Source: Phaeosaccion multiseriatum
Taxonomy: Eukaryota > Protista > Ochrophyta, other classes
DNA: 64,000 nucleotides
NCBI GenBank assembly: GCA_965112735.1
Contig: OZ218952.1
Coordinates: 5,704,001 to 5,768,000, forward strand
Direction of reading: 5' to 3'
Shown here: positions 26,704-38,351 of the stretch, piece by piece
Numbering within the stretch: position 1 is the stretch's first letter
How the letters are laid out: each line of letters opens with the position of its first letter
Made by a program: the position numbers and the translations under genes
Notes under the pieces: model-generated
Seen by the model: only the letters and a program-made list of their open reading frames with translations
Databases searched by the model: none
Told to the model about the DNA's origin: nothing

Positions 26704-26824
26704 TTGCTTGTTCTGAACAGCCCAGAGCGGCCGACCCCGACCCGTCGTGCTGCCCTCTTGCCCGACTCGCGCAGCTCGTTGCTTGTTCGGGACAGCCCAG
26801 AGCGACCCGTCGTGCTGCCCTCTT
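26704..26824. repeat. Imperfect tandem duplication (~46-56 bp unit)
   Basis: ttgcttgttctgaacagcccagagcg..cgacccgtcgtgctgccctctt recurs as ttgcttgttcgggacagcccagagcgacccgtcgtgctgccctctt. Confidence 0.8.
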
Positions 26825-27255
26825 CGCTCGACTCGCGCGCTCGGACTCGGTCCCAGCCAAGAGAGGCGCCAGCGCTGGCTGGGGGCGGCCCGCTCGCACT
26901 TGCGGACTCTGCCTGTTCGCCTGTTCTAGCTTGAAGCAAGCCTTTCCTTCTTTTTCTTTTTTTGCGCCTATCCATTCGAGGCATTTTCGCAAGTGTTGTG
27001 ACGGGGGGGGTGTGGTTGTGACAATGAGCAAAGAGAGACGCGGTAGCTCGTAGCAAGCAGGGTGGGGGCTTTTCGACTTCAAGAAGCAAGGTCGAAAGAG
27101 GCCAAGAGGTTGGAATTTGAATTTCAGCTCGATTCTTAACTTCTTTCCCCTCCTCCTCTCCTTTCCCCCACTTACTCTCTGCCAGTATTGCTTCTGTGCC
27201 TCTTTATTAATGGCTAGTGGTGGACACTGTGGGAGGGGGGATTGAATGGAGTAAA

Positions 27256-30200
27256 ATGGAGTTCGAGGGGAGCCTCGACAAGCAGAGCCTCAAGAGCTTG
27301 GTGAGAAGCGTTAGCGGCCATTTTACGCAACCGAGGGTTGGTGGCACAGATGATGGGGCGTGTAGCAAGCCCGCGGAGTCGGCGGAAGAGGCCTTGGAGT
27401 GCAGGGTGTGCAGAGGGGAGCCGGAGCCGGGGAGACGGTAAGAAAGGAGTCTGGGACGTGAGGCTTCCATTCCCCCTGAAGGGTCTGAACAATGCCTGCC
27501 CTGGTGTGCTTGGGCCTCCCCTTTTCCCACTCAGGTTGTACGCGCCCTGTCTGTGCAGCGGAAGCATCATGTACACGCACGAGGACTGCCTGCAGAGATG
27601 GCTGGAGCACAGCGGGAAGGACGGCTGCGAGCTCTGCGGCTCTCGATTTAGGTACGCCAGATAGGGTCGTCTGCCTCTTTTTTTCTATTTGAGGGGCTTC
27701 ACCTGCTTCTTCTCCGCCCTCCTCTGCTGGCAGGTTCACTCCATTGTACGCACCAGACACCCCGCACACGCTTCCGGTCTGGCAGATGCTGTGTACCTGT
27801 GGGTACAAGGCCTTGTTCGAGCTGATTCCCTTCTTGCTCCGAGTCGTCTTTGCCGCGGTGGTGTGGCTTGTGGCGGTGCCTCTCACCACCAGTTGGCTCT
27901 ATCGAATATGGGTGAGCAGCGGTAACAGAACGCTAGAGACTGGGCAACGTGTGTGGTGTTACTACTGCTCTCCCTGCTGCTGCTACTACTACGACTGCTG
28001 CTGGCTGATCTTCAGCTCCCCAAACATTTGCATATGTGAATTAATTCTCCCCCTCCCCGTGAGCTCCTTTCTGACCTCCAGTCACCGTGCCCATTGCTCA
28101 ATTACGCCCGCCCCACCGCCTCCACCCCCACCACCAACAGATTCACAGGAGTAGAAAGCTGCTTCCCGAGTTGTTTGTGCAGCGCCTCACCTTCGCGTGT
28201 GCGTGGAGCGACTGCATCTCCGGCCTCATCATCGCAGCGGCCATCATCCTCTCTTTCCTCAGCCTCATGACCTTTGCTGACTTCTTGGCAGAACAGATCC
28301 TGCGTGACGACTGGGATGATCCCGAGAGGGCGCAGCGTGTCCCTCTGCCCCCGCGTCAAGGGCAGGAGGTCGGGCCGGAGGTGGGACAGGGGCTCGGGCA
28401 GGCGGGGGGTCTCCAAGTTGGGGTGGATAGGGAAGCGGGACACGCGCCACGAGAACAAGCAGAGAGAGGCGTCGTAGAGGCGGGAGTGCGGGCGGCTGCC
28501 AGGGATGGGCCAGCGGCAGTAGCAGCCCCAAGAGGAGGAGGAGGAGGAGGGGGGGGGGCAGGAGCGGGGGAGGAGGGGGGGGGGGGCGGCGAAGGTGCTG
28601 TGCATGGACAGGATGAAGGTGCGAATGCGAACGCAGAGGTACCGGCAGGACCGGTCGAAGGAGGATGCATAGGAGGAGGGGAGGGCGGGGAAGGGCGTAC
28701 TGCGGAGGAGGGCTGCCGCACGTGCTCCCTGTCCCTATCCCGAGTGAGTAGCGGCGCTGACTGGGTGGTGGGGGCGGGGGCGAGTCTCTCGGGGCGAGAG
28801 TTGTCATGCTCATCGGACGAGGGAATCCTCTCTAGCGACGGTGTCATAGATACCATGATGGCGTTGGACAGTTTTGATGATGGTGATGGGAGTGGTGAGC
28901 AGGCGGGCGGGCGTTCAGCAGGGGAGGGGAGGGAGGGGAGGGAGGGCAGGGAGGCAGCCGCAGCGCTACTTGTTCCTTTGCAGGAGGCTGGGGAGCAGGC
29001 GCATCTGTCTGTGCGGGTGAGTTCTGTGGACAGAGGAAGGCTTCGCGCCATGGCCGCTTCGACAACCTCACTGAGAGACTCAGAGACAGACACAGAGACA
29101 GACACAGAGAGAGAGGCAGAGACAGAGACGGGCCTCCAGGGGAAGGGCAAGAATCGGAGGGGCGGGGGGATGCTCTTGGAAGATGGAAGCCGCGGACCCT
29201 GTGCTCAAGGGTATGATGATGATGATAATGATGATGATGATGAGAATTACGAGGTTGGTGGTGGCGCCAGTGAGTACACGGGAATGGGCATGGCTGAGAG
29301 GAGGGAGGATGGCGGCAGTGCCCATGGGGGGGACAATCGAGCAGCTCAAGAGGGGGGGGCTGCAGAGGGAGAGGGAGAGGAGCGTGCGCAACAGGGCGGC
29401 GCGGAAGTGCTCCCTGCGGAGGAAGAGCTGGGACAGGGTGCAGGGGCAGGGGCCGCTGTTGTCGACAATGTCGAGCATGTCGATGTGGATGTCGATCTGG
29501 ACATGGATGTCGACGTGCACGTGGCTGTGGACGAGCTGTTGGGCCTGAGAGGACCGCTACACATGCTCATCAGGAACGTGCTGTGGTTCCTCGCTTTCAA
29601 CGCTGCGTACTTGGGCATCTTCGCCTTTGTCCCCTTCTCCATTGGCTCTAGCGTGGTGGCTGTGGTGAGCAAGTACCTGAATGCGAGGGGACTGAAGCTC
29701 GGCTTTGCGACTCTGGGGGGCTTCAGAGTCTTCGCGGCCCTGCTCAGCCCGCTCCGCCATGCCGCCCATAAGCTCGTGGAGGTGAGTGAGATAACAAGAT
29801 AGACACAGGCTTTTTAAGGGGGCAGAGCGGGGACAGAGAGCGGCAGTGGGCTTCACAGCGAGCGTATGCTGCTGCTGTCTTTAGTCAGCCCAACCCCACC
29901 CCACCTTTATGCGCCCCACACAATCTTCACAGGAGTCGGAGAAGGAGGACCACACGCTGCAGCTGCCCGACGTGGGCACCATCTGCCTGGGCTACCTGGT
30001 GATGAGCGGCATGGTCTTCTCATGGAAAGCCATCATGAGGCGCCTGGCAGAGAGGGCTGCCATCCCCCTGCCAATGCTCAGGCACATGCGCAGAGGGCTG
30101 CATCTCATGGTGGCTGTGGCCAAGGTGGGCGTGTTGCTCAGCCTCAAGATGCTGCTACTGCCCCTCTTGCTGGGCGTGGGGCTGGACCTCGCCACTCTGG

Positions 30201-33200
30201 ATCTGTTCGAGGCCTCTGTGGACGACCGAGTTGTCTTCCTGGCCAACAACCTGGTGGGCAGCCTGCTGCTGCATTGGGTGCTGGGCATTACCTTCATGCT
30301 CTTTGTCACTGTGAGCGTGCTGCAGCTGAGGGAGGTGCTCCACCCCGACGTGCTCGGGTCGGTGATTCGCCCGCAAGAGCCCCACCCAGACTTGCTTGGC
30401 TCGCTGCTGCAGGTCAGTCAGTCAGTCAGTCAGTCAGTCAGTCAGTCAGTCACAGTCTTTTAGTCTGTCAGTCTGTCACTCAGTCAGAGACTTGACGTGA
30501 GATGAGAAGGAGGATGTTGTCGGTGCTGTTCGTTGCCCAGCAGGAGGGTGGATCTCTTGCACGCTACCCACAGTCCCCATTGCTTGCCTTGCTTGCCTTG
30601 TCTGCGCCTGACTTTATAGCCTGACTTTATAGCCTGACTTTATAGCCTGACTTTATAGCCTGACTTTTAGCCTGACTTTATAGCCTGACTTTATAGCCTG
30701 ACTTTATAGCCTGACTTTATAGCCTGACTTTATAGCCTGACTTTATAGCCTGACTTTATAGCCTGACTTTATAGCCTGACTTTATAGCCTGACTTTTAGC
30801 CAGACTTTATAGCCTGACTTTATAGCCTGACTTTATAGCCTGACTTTATAGCCTGACTTTATAGCCTGACTTTATAGCCTGACTTTATAGCCTGACTTTA
30901 TAGCCTGACTTTATAGCCTGACTTTATAGCCTGACTCCTCGCGTGCCTTGCCTCCTCGTGACCTTCAGGAGAGCGGCCGCACCCACGCGCGACGCCTCGT
31001 CGTGTCGCTGGCAATCTACGTCGCGCTGATGACACTCCTCGTGTGGGGGCCAGCGAAGATTGCGCTTGCCGTGCTGCCTGCGTCACTCCTTCCCGTGCAG
31101 ACCCCGCTCGTGTACGTTGTGCCGCAGCTTCAAGTGCCTCTCGAGCTCGTCGCCTTCCATCTGGGCATGCTCGCCTTCCTCGAGCGTTTCAAGAACAAGA
31201 TTGGTGCGTGGGGCTGGACCCCTCCTACTCCTCCCTTTTCCTCGTCCTCCTCCTCTCTCCTCCTCACTCTTCCTCCTCCCTCTTCCTCCTCCCCCCCCTC
31301 CCTCCTCCTGTCCTTCTGCTTCCCCTCTCACTTCGTCACCCTTCCCCTCCTTCTCCATCTGTGACCCCCCTCCCCCCCGCCCCGCAGGAGAGGTCCAACA
31401 CGCGTGGTTGGTCTTTGTGTGCGCTCGCCTGGGCCTTACGCGCTTCTTGCTGCCGCTACCCGTCATAGCCCGACGACCCGAGGGGCAGGCGAGTGAAGCG
31501 AGTGGAGTGGGTGGGTCCGGTGGGTCGGTAGAGCAGCAGCCGGGCGACGACGAAGAACGACATGTAAGTGCACGCAAAGCCCCGGCCAGCCACAAAGGGC
31601 CTAGCGTAGCCATACCACCCGACAGCGAAGAGGTCCCACAGCTATTCTCTCTTGGGGGAGTTGGGGGTCGGCTTGGGGCCGGTCCAGAGAGTGTCTTGCG
31701 ACTGAGCTTGGTCTGTAGAATCGTATCCTCATAGCTTCATGTGCATTTCGTCTACTCCATACTTCACGTGCTTATTCGATCAGTGAGTGGAAATGGCTTT
31801 GTATTTGTGCTTACTTGGGCCGCGTCTTCCACCCTGCCCCCTCCCCGATCCTCTTTGTCTCCCTCCCCCCCTCCTTCTCATCCCTCTCCCCCCCTCCCCC
31901 CCCCCCACGTGCAAAGATTGTTCTGGGACCGCCTCTGCGCCGTCCACCCCTGGGGTGGGACGACCCTGCCGGGGCGGGGCAGCCGCGATGGGCCTGGGGC
32001 AAGGAGGCCCCCTCGCCCTTGCAGAAGAGCCTCGCACCCAGAAAGAGACCCAAAAGGGTGTGTGTGTGTGGGGGGGGGGGGGGGTGGTGGATGGGTGGGT
32101 TGATGTTGGTGGAAGGGTGGTAGGTGTGGGTGGGTGGGTCGGGGGGGTCGTGACTGGTCAAGCCAGACTCACAATGCAGCCTGTGAAGCCAGCGAGACTA
32201 TCGGCTCCGGCGTAATGGTGTATCCATACCTTCCCTCCCTCCCTCCCCCCTCCCGCCCTCACTCCTTCCTTCCCTCCCTCCTTCTCTCCTGTGGCAGGGC
32301 GTGCTGGTGCCGGTGTCCGTTCTTCTGGTGCTGGCGTGGGCCACCATTCTAACTACTTGCCTCATCATTTGCCTCACCCCGATGGCGCTCGGGCGGCAAA
32401 CCCTCCGCCTGATGCACATCCCCCCCCGCTGGTGCCACGACCCCTTGGCCTTCGCTGTTGGAGCCTTCCTCTGCCGCTGTGGCGTCTCAGCCCTCGACAT
32501 CCTCTTCCACGCCGCATGCCTCCTGCTCCGGTCCGGTGTAAGGATTTGGCCCTGGTCCCGTCATGCACACGCACACGCACACGCACACGCACACGCACAC
32601 GCACGCGCACACGCACAGGCTCCTCCGCTCCGAGCCGTAGTGGTGGGGGTCTCCTTCCTGGTGCTGTGGTTCGGGCTGTGCCCTTGCCTTGTAGGGCTGC
32701 TCGTAGAGGCGCAGTGGGTGCTGCAGGCAGAGGAGTGGAGGAGAGACGGGTGGGGGGCGCTGCACTTGCTGAGGGAGCTGCTGCTGGGCTCCGTGTTGCT
32801 TCACACATGGGCCTATCTGTGCCTCGTCGGAGTGATTGACTCGCTGTGCTCGGCGGGTAGAGGTGAGTGAGAGCGCGCGCACGTATGGGCCGCGGCGGTA
32901 TCAAGCGTATCCGTCCGTGTATTCACGTTGGCACGAACAAGAGAGGGTGGCGCGGGCCGGACGACACGGCCGGGCTCTCCTCTTGCCCTCCTGAAATGTC
33001 TTTCCCTTTGTTGCGAACGCCCCACCACCCACCACCCACGGCCCTTGCTGCTCCGCCCACTGCCTGCCCCACCCCTTCCCTTCCCTCCCCTCCCCTCCTA
33101 CCGCCTCTCCGCTACAGCCGGGCGCCCCTCCCACCCAGCCCAGCCCCCTTCCACACTGTGGCAGGACCGTGTGAAGCGAGTGCTCACCGTGGTCAAAGCC

Positions 33201-34067
33201 GCTTGTGTCGAGGGCGAGTGGGAGCAAGTCACCTACCGAGCATTGCTGGGCGACTTTGCCGGTTGTGTGGCAAGGAGACTGCTCTTCCTGCTGCTGGGTC
33301 CCCTTGTGAGTGTGGCGATATTCCGCTGTACCATCGCCAGCGAGGCCACTCTCAAGGCCATGCTCAACCTCAATCTCACACTGCGGTATTCCGAGAGCAG
33401 GTGTGTGCGGGTGCGTGGGTTCGTGGGTGGGTACGTGCGCGGGGTCCGTGCTGTGGTGCACGGAAGCTCTCGAACAGCACCTGTAACTGTCGACGGTAAC
33501 TGTCAGCTGTGGATAGATGGGTAACTAACTTGACTCATGTTTTCTTCGCTTACTCTTGGCTCCGTTAAGCAGGCCCATCTCTGACAGCGTGGACCCGGGG
33601 CGGGAAGGAGAGGAGGAGATGTCGGAGGCGGTGCTGCAGCTGCTGCTCTTCCGCTCCATGCAGACCGCCAACTTGGTCCTGCTCGCGGCAAGGCACATGA
33701 GCTACCCGGCAGTGGCCTGGCTAAGGAAGGTAATCAATTGTATACGCGGGGTGGGGGGGGGGGGGGCACTCCTTCTGGCCTTGCTTGCCTTGCCTACGTA
33801 CTTGCCGTACATACATCTAACCCTATTCCATCTCCCTCCGCCGCCTTCTCATCTCTCCTCCTCCTCATCATCATCGTCGTGATTCTCCTCCTCCTCCTTC
33901 CACAGCTGCACGACAGCGTTCGAGACGACTTGTACCTAAGGGGCCTCAGGCTGCAGAACCATCCCAGCGCGGAGCCCAGGATGCACGCACATGCCGCCGT
34001 GGAGTCCTCCTCCCCTTCCTCCTCCTCGGTGCCCTCTGCCCAGCGAGAGTCGGGGGGGGACTCCTAG
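27256..34067 (+). CDS. MARCH6: MARCH6/Doa10/SUD1-type RING-CH E3 ubiquitin ligase (multi-pass ER membrane protein)
   Basis: RINGv CRVCRGE..LYAPCLCSGSIMYTHEDCLQRWL..CELCG..F.FTPLYAPDTP; ELLGLRGPL; TD-domain-like LLHWVLGITFMLF..LREVLHP; many transmembrane segments; C-terminal LHDSVRDDLYLRGLRLQN. Confidence 0.92.
30607..30936 (+). repeat. Intronic minisatellite (CCTGACTTTATAG)x25
   Basis: 13-bp unit with 25 copies from 30607 to 30929 (two copies lack one base, one has CCA), plus a partial copy. Confidence 0.97.
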
Positions 34068-34282
34068 CGGGCGGGCGGGAGAGAGAGAGAGAGAGAGAGA
34101 GAGACGAGTGTGTCGCCTTGTTGCTTGGATAGGACAGGGAGGAGCTCTCACCCTCTCGCGCAATATTGTCGGTGAGCGAAGTCTGCTGTAAATAAAAAAG
34201 ACTATTATAAAGAGTGTGCAAAGAGAGTGTTGTTGCCTTGCTTCCCTACATGTACTTGCACTCGTTCCCTCCCCTCCCCTCC

Positions 34283-36533
34283 CTACGCCTCCATCTCCTT
34301 CCTCTTGAGGCTGTCCCCCGCCAGGCTCTTTGAAGCCATCTCCAGCACCCCCTCCTTGGACTGATTACCCCCGATGAAGCCCGTCGCGTGAGCAAAGATG
34401 CAGCCGGGGATGCCCGTGAGCTTGCTGAGGTCTTCGTCTCGCACGCCCCTCCACTCCTCCTGCGGGGCGGAAGACAAGACAGAGAGAGAGAGAGAGAAAT
34501 AAGAGACAGCTGGGGAGAGAGAGCAGGAGAGACGGTGGGGGGGCTGAGGACAAGCTCGACGTGCGAACGGTCACCACACCACTGTCTTCCTCCTCTTCCT
34601 TCCTTTCTTTCGTCGAGCACCATCTCTGAGCCCCTCCGAAGAGCTCTCGCCAACCCAAAGCCACACCCTGGTGCACCTCCGGCCTCTCGAGAGGAAGAGG
34701 GAGAGGGACGGAGTACGGAGGAGGGAGCAAGGGGCCTATCCGCGTGTGCGCTTGTCACTCACTCACTCACCGGTAGGGGCAAACGCGACACGAAGGACGC
34801 CTCCGCCTCGGGCACGGCCTGAATACGCCACGAGCCGTTGCTGTCCTCGTAGAGAGTGTATTTGATGGTGCCCGTGAGCCCGCCCTCCTTCTCGAGGTCG
34901 AAGAGGTGAGATACCCAAGGGCAGTATGTCTCCAGCAGGAGCACCTTGGCGCAGCAGCAGAGGAGGGAGTTGGGGCGCTTAGATTGAGAGGACACCACTC
35001 ACAAAGCGTAACAGAAAGGCAGAAACACACCCGTAATGACAAGTGAGTGAGTTCGTTGCATCGCGCGGTCGTTCGTTCCTGCCTCGCTCCTTCCCTCCCT
35101 CCTCCACTCCCTTCCATTCCCTCTCTCCCCAGCCGACCCACCCACCCACCCTCCCTCCCTCCCTCGGCGTGAGATGTCGACTTACCTCTCCTGAGGGGTG
35201 CACCTCCATCCGCTTCTCCAACGCCTTCTCCACAATGGCTCTCGCCGGCCACCACCCCTCCACCAGCCCTCCGATGTACGCCGTCATCTCCCCCCCCGTG
35301 AGGGACATGGCCTGCTTGAATCGCTGGTTGGCGGCGTCGGGAGAGGACTCCTCGTTCCAGCGAGGGTTCAGGCTCTTGACCCTGGACGACAGCCCGGTGC
35401 TCACTTGGTAGTTCAGGGCTCCCTCCGCCACCTCCACGCCGTTGTCGATACCGTCCACGTGCTCGACGAAGTTCTACAGGGGTAGGCGAAGGGACGGCGA
35501 GAGTGAGCGAGCGAGTGAGTGAGTGAGTAACACAGCATGGGAAGGAGGGGCCTGCCTTCCTTCCTTCCGTTCGCGGGTGGGCACGCACACAACGTACTCT
35601 CTATGAGACCTCTGTACCAGAGGGGCCTTTCTTTCGGTCGCCCACTGGACACGTACACAAGTGTCTCGATCTACCTCCCTCTCTCTCTCTCTCTCTGCTA
35701 TCTCTACGGCCCCACCTTGTACACCTTCCCGTACAGCACGTTGTCAATGACGTCCTTGGGCACCTTGTCGCCCGCCAGGAGGTGCAGGATATCCCTCCCA
35801 AAGTGCTTGTACACCAGGCCTGCACTGGACAGCCGGGTTCTGAAGCCCTCTGCCTCTAGCGTGTCTTGGAACGACTTTTGGTGGTGGTCAAACCTGTGAA
35901 AGGGGGGAGGGGTTGGCTTTAGTGTTTCGGGAGCTCAGCGATAGAAAGAGTGAGAGAGGCAGACACTCCGAAGAGGTGAGCGGTGCACGTCCGCGCATGA
36001 GGAAAATGCAGCGTCTCTCCCACATACGACAGATACCTACCTATCTATCATTGCGTTAATAACTTACTGACCTATTCTTTGCGGCGTCGTAAGTGCCCCC
36101 CACATCCACAACGATGTCGCACTTGTCCAGCTCTGCGGGATCTCGGGTGCGCACGATGACCGCGTCCTGCAGGAGGCAAGGATAGGAAGACAGACGTGTG
36201 GGGTTCAGACGGCACCGCCCCGAAATTTTTGTGGTTAGGGTGCTCTCTTCTCACCTTCCACTCGGGTAAGAGCTTGAGCAAGGCGCAGGCCAGCGCCTCG
36301 TCACAATGGAAGGACCCGTTGTGCGTCCCTATCCGCTTCGCTGTCCCGTCACCCACTGTACTCTGCACCGTCCACTCCTCGGGCACCGTGATGTGGACGC
36401 CCATAACCATGGCTCTCCGAGCGCTGGAGCTGATGGAGCAAGTTCTTCTGAGTGGCGTGCCACAGAACGCGGACACTGAGCGGCTACCGACCAGACTTGC
36501 AACGAGGGAAAGCGTCCTAATCGGCAACTGCAT
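34283..36533 (-). CDS. MYG1: MYG1 family exonuclease (UPF0160) with an N-terminal targeting extension
   Basis: [95 protein letters not shown]. Confidence 0.95.
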
Positions 36534-36654
36534 CGAGTGGAGGACAAGAAGGAGCGAGGGGCGATCGATCACACCACTAAGGGAGTTGGTGATCCAAATC
36601 CAAATCCACAGTTGGCACGGGAGCTGCGGGGCTCCTCTTCACCTCCGTGCTGTA

Positions 36655-38099
36655 ATGAAGCACAACAATGTGTTGCCCAATGGGCATTTCCACAAGAAGT
36701 GGCAAACCAGGGTCAAGACATGGTTCGCCCAGCCCATGCAGAAGAAGCAGCGGCGGCTGACTCGGCAGGCCAAGGCGGCGGCGATGGCTCCTCGCCCCAC
36801 CGAGAGGCTGCGCCCCGCGGTGCACTGCCCGACAATCAAGGTGAGTGGGCTGTGGACGCGCAAGAAGCCTCTCGAGTGTCTTGGGCCTACGCTCTGGAGC
36901 CGTCGACGGTCGGGGATGCCTTTTCGTCGACGGCTCTGGCTCTCCCACCCCCCCACGAGTTGCTTTTCCCTCCCACGCCAAGTCCAGTCTCCTTCCCTAC
37001 TCACTCATCCAACCCTTCTTCTTTCTTCCGCTATGACAGTACAACCGGAAGGTGAAGCTTGGTCGCGGCTTCACAGTGGGCGAGCTGAAGGTGGGGAAGT
37101 AAGGAAGGGAAGGGAAGGGGAAGGAGGACTGGCGGGGCGCGGGGCGTGCTTGATGCCTGCCGGCGCTCTGCAGGACAAGGCTGATTGGTGTCACACTGCG
37201 GGGCTCTGTCGAGTGGGAAGGCTTTGTCTTGACGGAGCTTTGGCGTCATTAGCGCGGCCCTGTGGGAAGGGAAGCTGATGCTACCCCTTGCTGGTCTCGC
37301 GTGCCTTTAAACTAACGTCCTCTGTCCCTCTCCCTCTCTCTCGCGTCCGCGCACACTCTCCCCACGTCTCCCCCTCTCTAGGGCGCCGGCATCAGCAAGA
37401 AGGTGGCGCAGACCATCGGTATTGCTGTGGACTATCGACGCACCAACAAGGCGGTGAGTAGTAGTAGTGGGCCCAGGGACGCTGGGGCGGGAAGGAGGCG
37501 GGGTGGGCGTGTGCGTGGTTTGGGTGGACAGCGACTGCAGCGAGACGGAGGCCATCGATTGGTGTCAGTGCGGGCCGAGACTGGCTGGCTGGTGGAGCTG
37601 CCGTGAGCGTGACAACAGCCTTGAGCATCAGTCGGACCCAGCACATGACCTCAGAGGAAGCCGCGGTAGCAGCGGCAGGGAGTGAGAGGAGCGCGCGTGG
37701 ACGGAGCAGCCTCCCTGCTTTGCTTGCGTTGCTCCTTGCTCACCGCTCCCACCACCACCCATCCACTGCCCTCTGCGCCACCCACCCCAGGTGGAGACTT
37801 TCAACACCAACGTGGAGCGTCTGAAGGAGTACAAGGCGAAGCTCATCATCTTCCCCAAGGGCTCTAACCAAAAACCAAAGGCCGGAGACTCCCCTGCCTC
37901 CGAGACGGGATCGGCCACACAGGTGGTGGGCCCCCTCATGCCCGTGGACAACAAGGTGCCCGAGGTGGCTCTGGTGGCCGTGACGGATGAGATGAAGGGT
38001 GTGAACGCTCGCTCCACCCTGCGCATGGAGCGCAACGAGCAGAAGTTGCGAGGCATCAGGATTCGCATGGCGGAGGACAAGAAGCGCGACGAGAAGTAA
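36655..38099 (+). CDS. RPL13: 60S ribosomal protein L13 (eL13), 4 exons
   Basis: [80 protein letters not shown]. Confidence 0.97.
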
Positions 38100-38165
38100 G
38101 AGGGTTGTTAAGAGAGCACCCGAGCCTTAGCAAGGGATTGAGCGTGGTGCTGAGTTCGGTATTTA

Positions 38166-38205
<40 letters not shown>

Positions 38206-38351
38206 AAACCAATCGAATAAAGTAATACACTAATACAGGGTACTGGCTTTGCTGGCCGGTGTCTTTGTCCCTACGAGGTTTGCACTTACACCGTTAGGGG
38301 GTTTGCGGTGTCACCCGTGTCCTTTATCTTAGGGGGTGTGCAGTGTCAGTG

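Noticed and set aside
30607-30936. CRISPR-like array
   Set aside because: The units are contiguous with no spacers, and the context is a eukaryotic intron.
32538-32618. Poly-(His-Ala) insert in MARCH6
   Set aside because: It is bounded by GTAAGG..CACAG and is 81 nt long, so it is most simply a microsatellite-containing intron.
36196-36654. N-terminal extension of RPL13 overlapping MYG1
   Set aside because: Antisense read-through; conserved RPL13 begins at MKHNN (36655).
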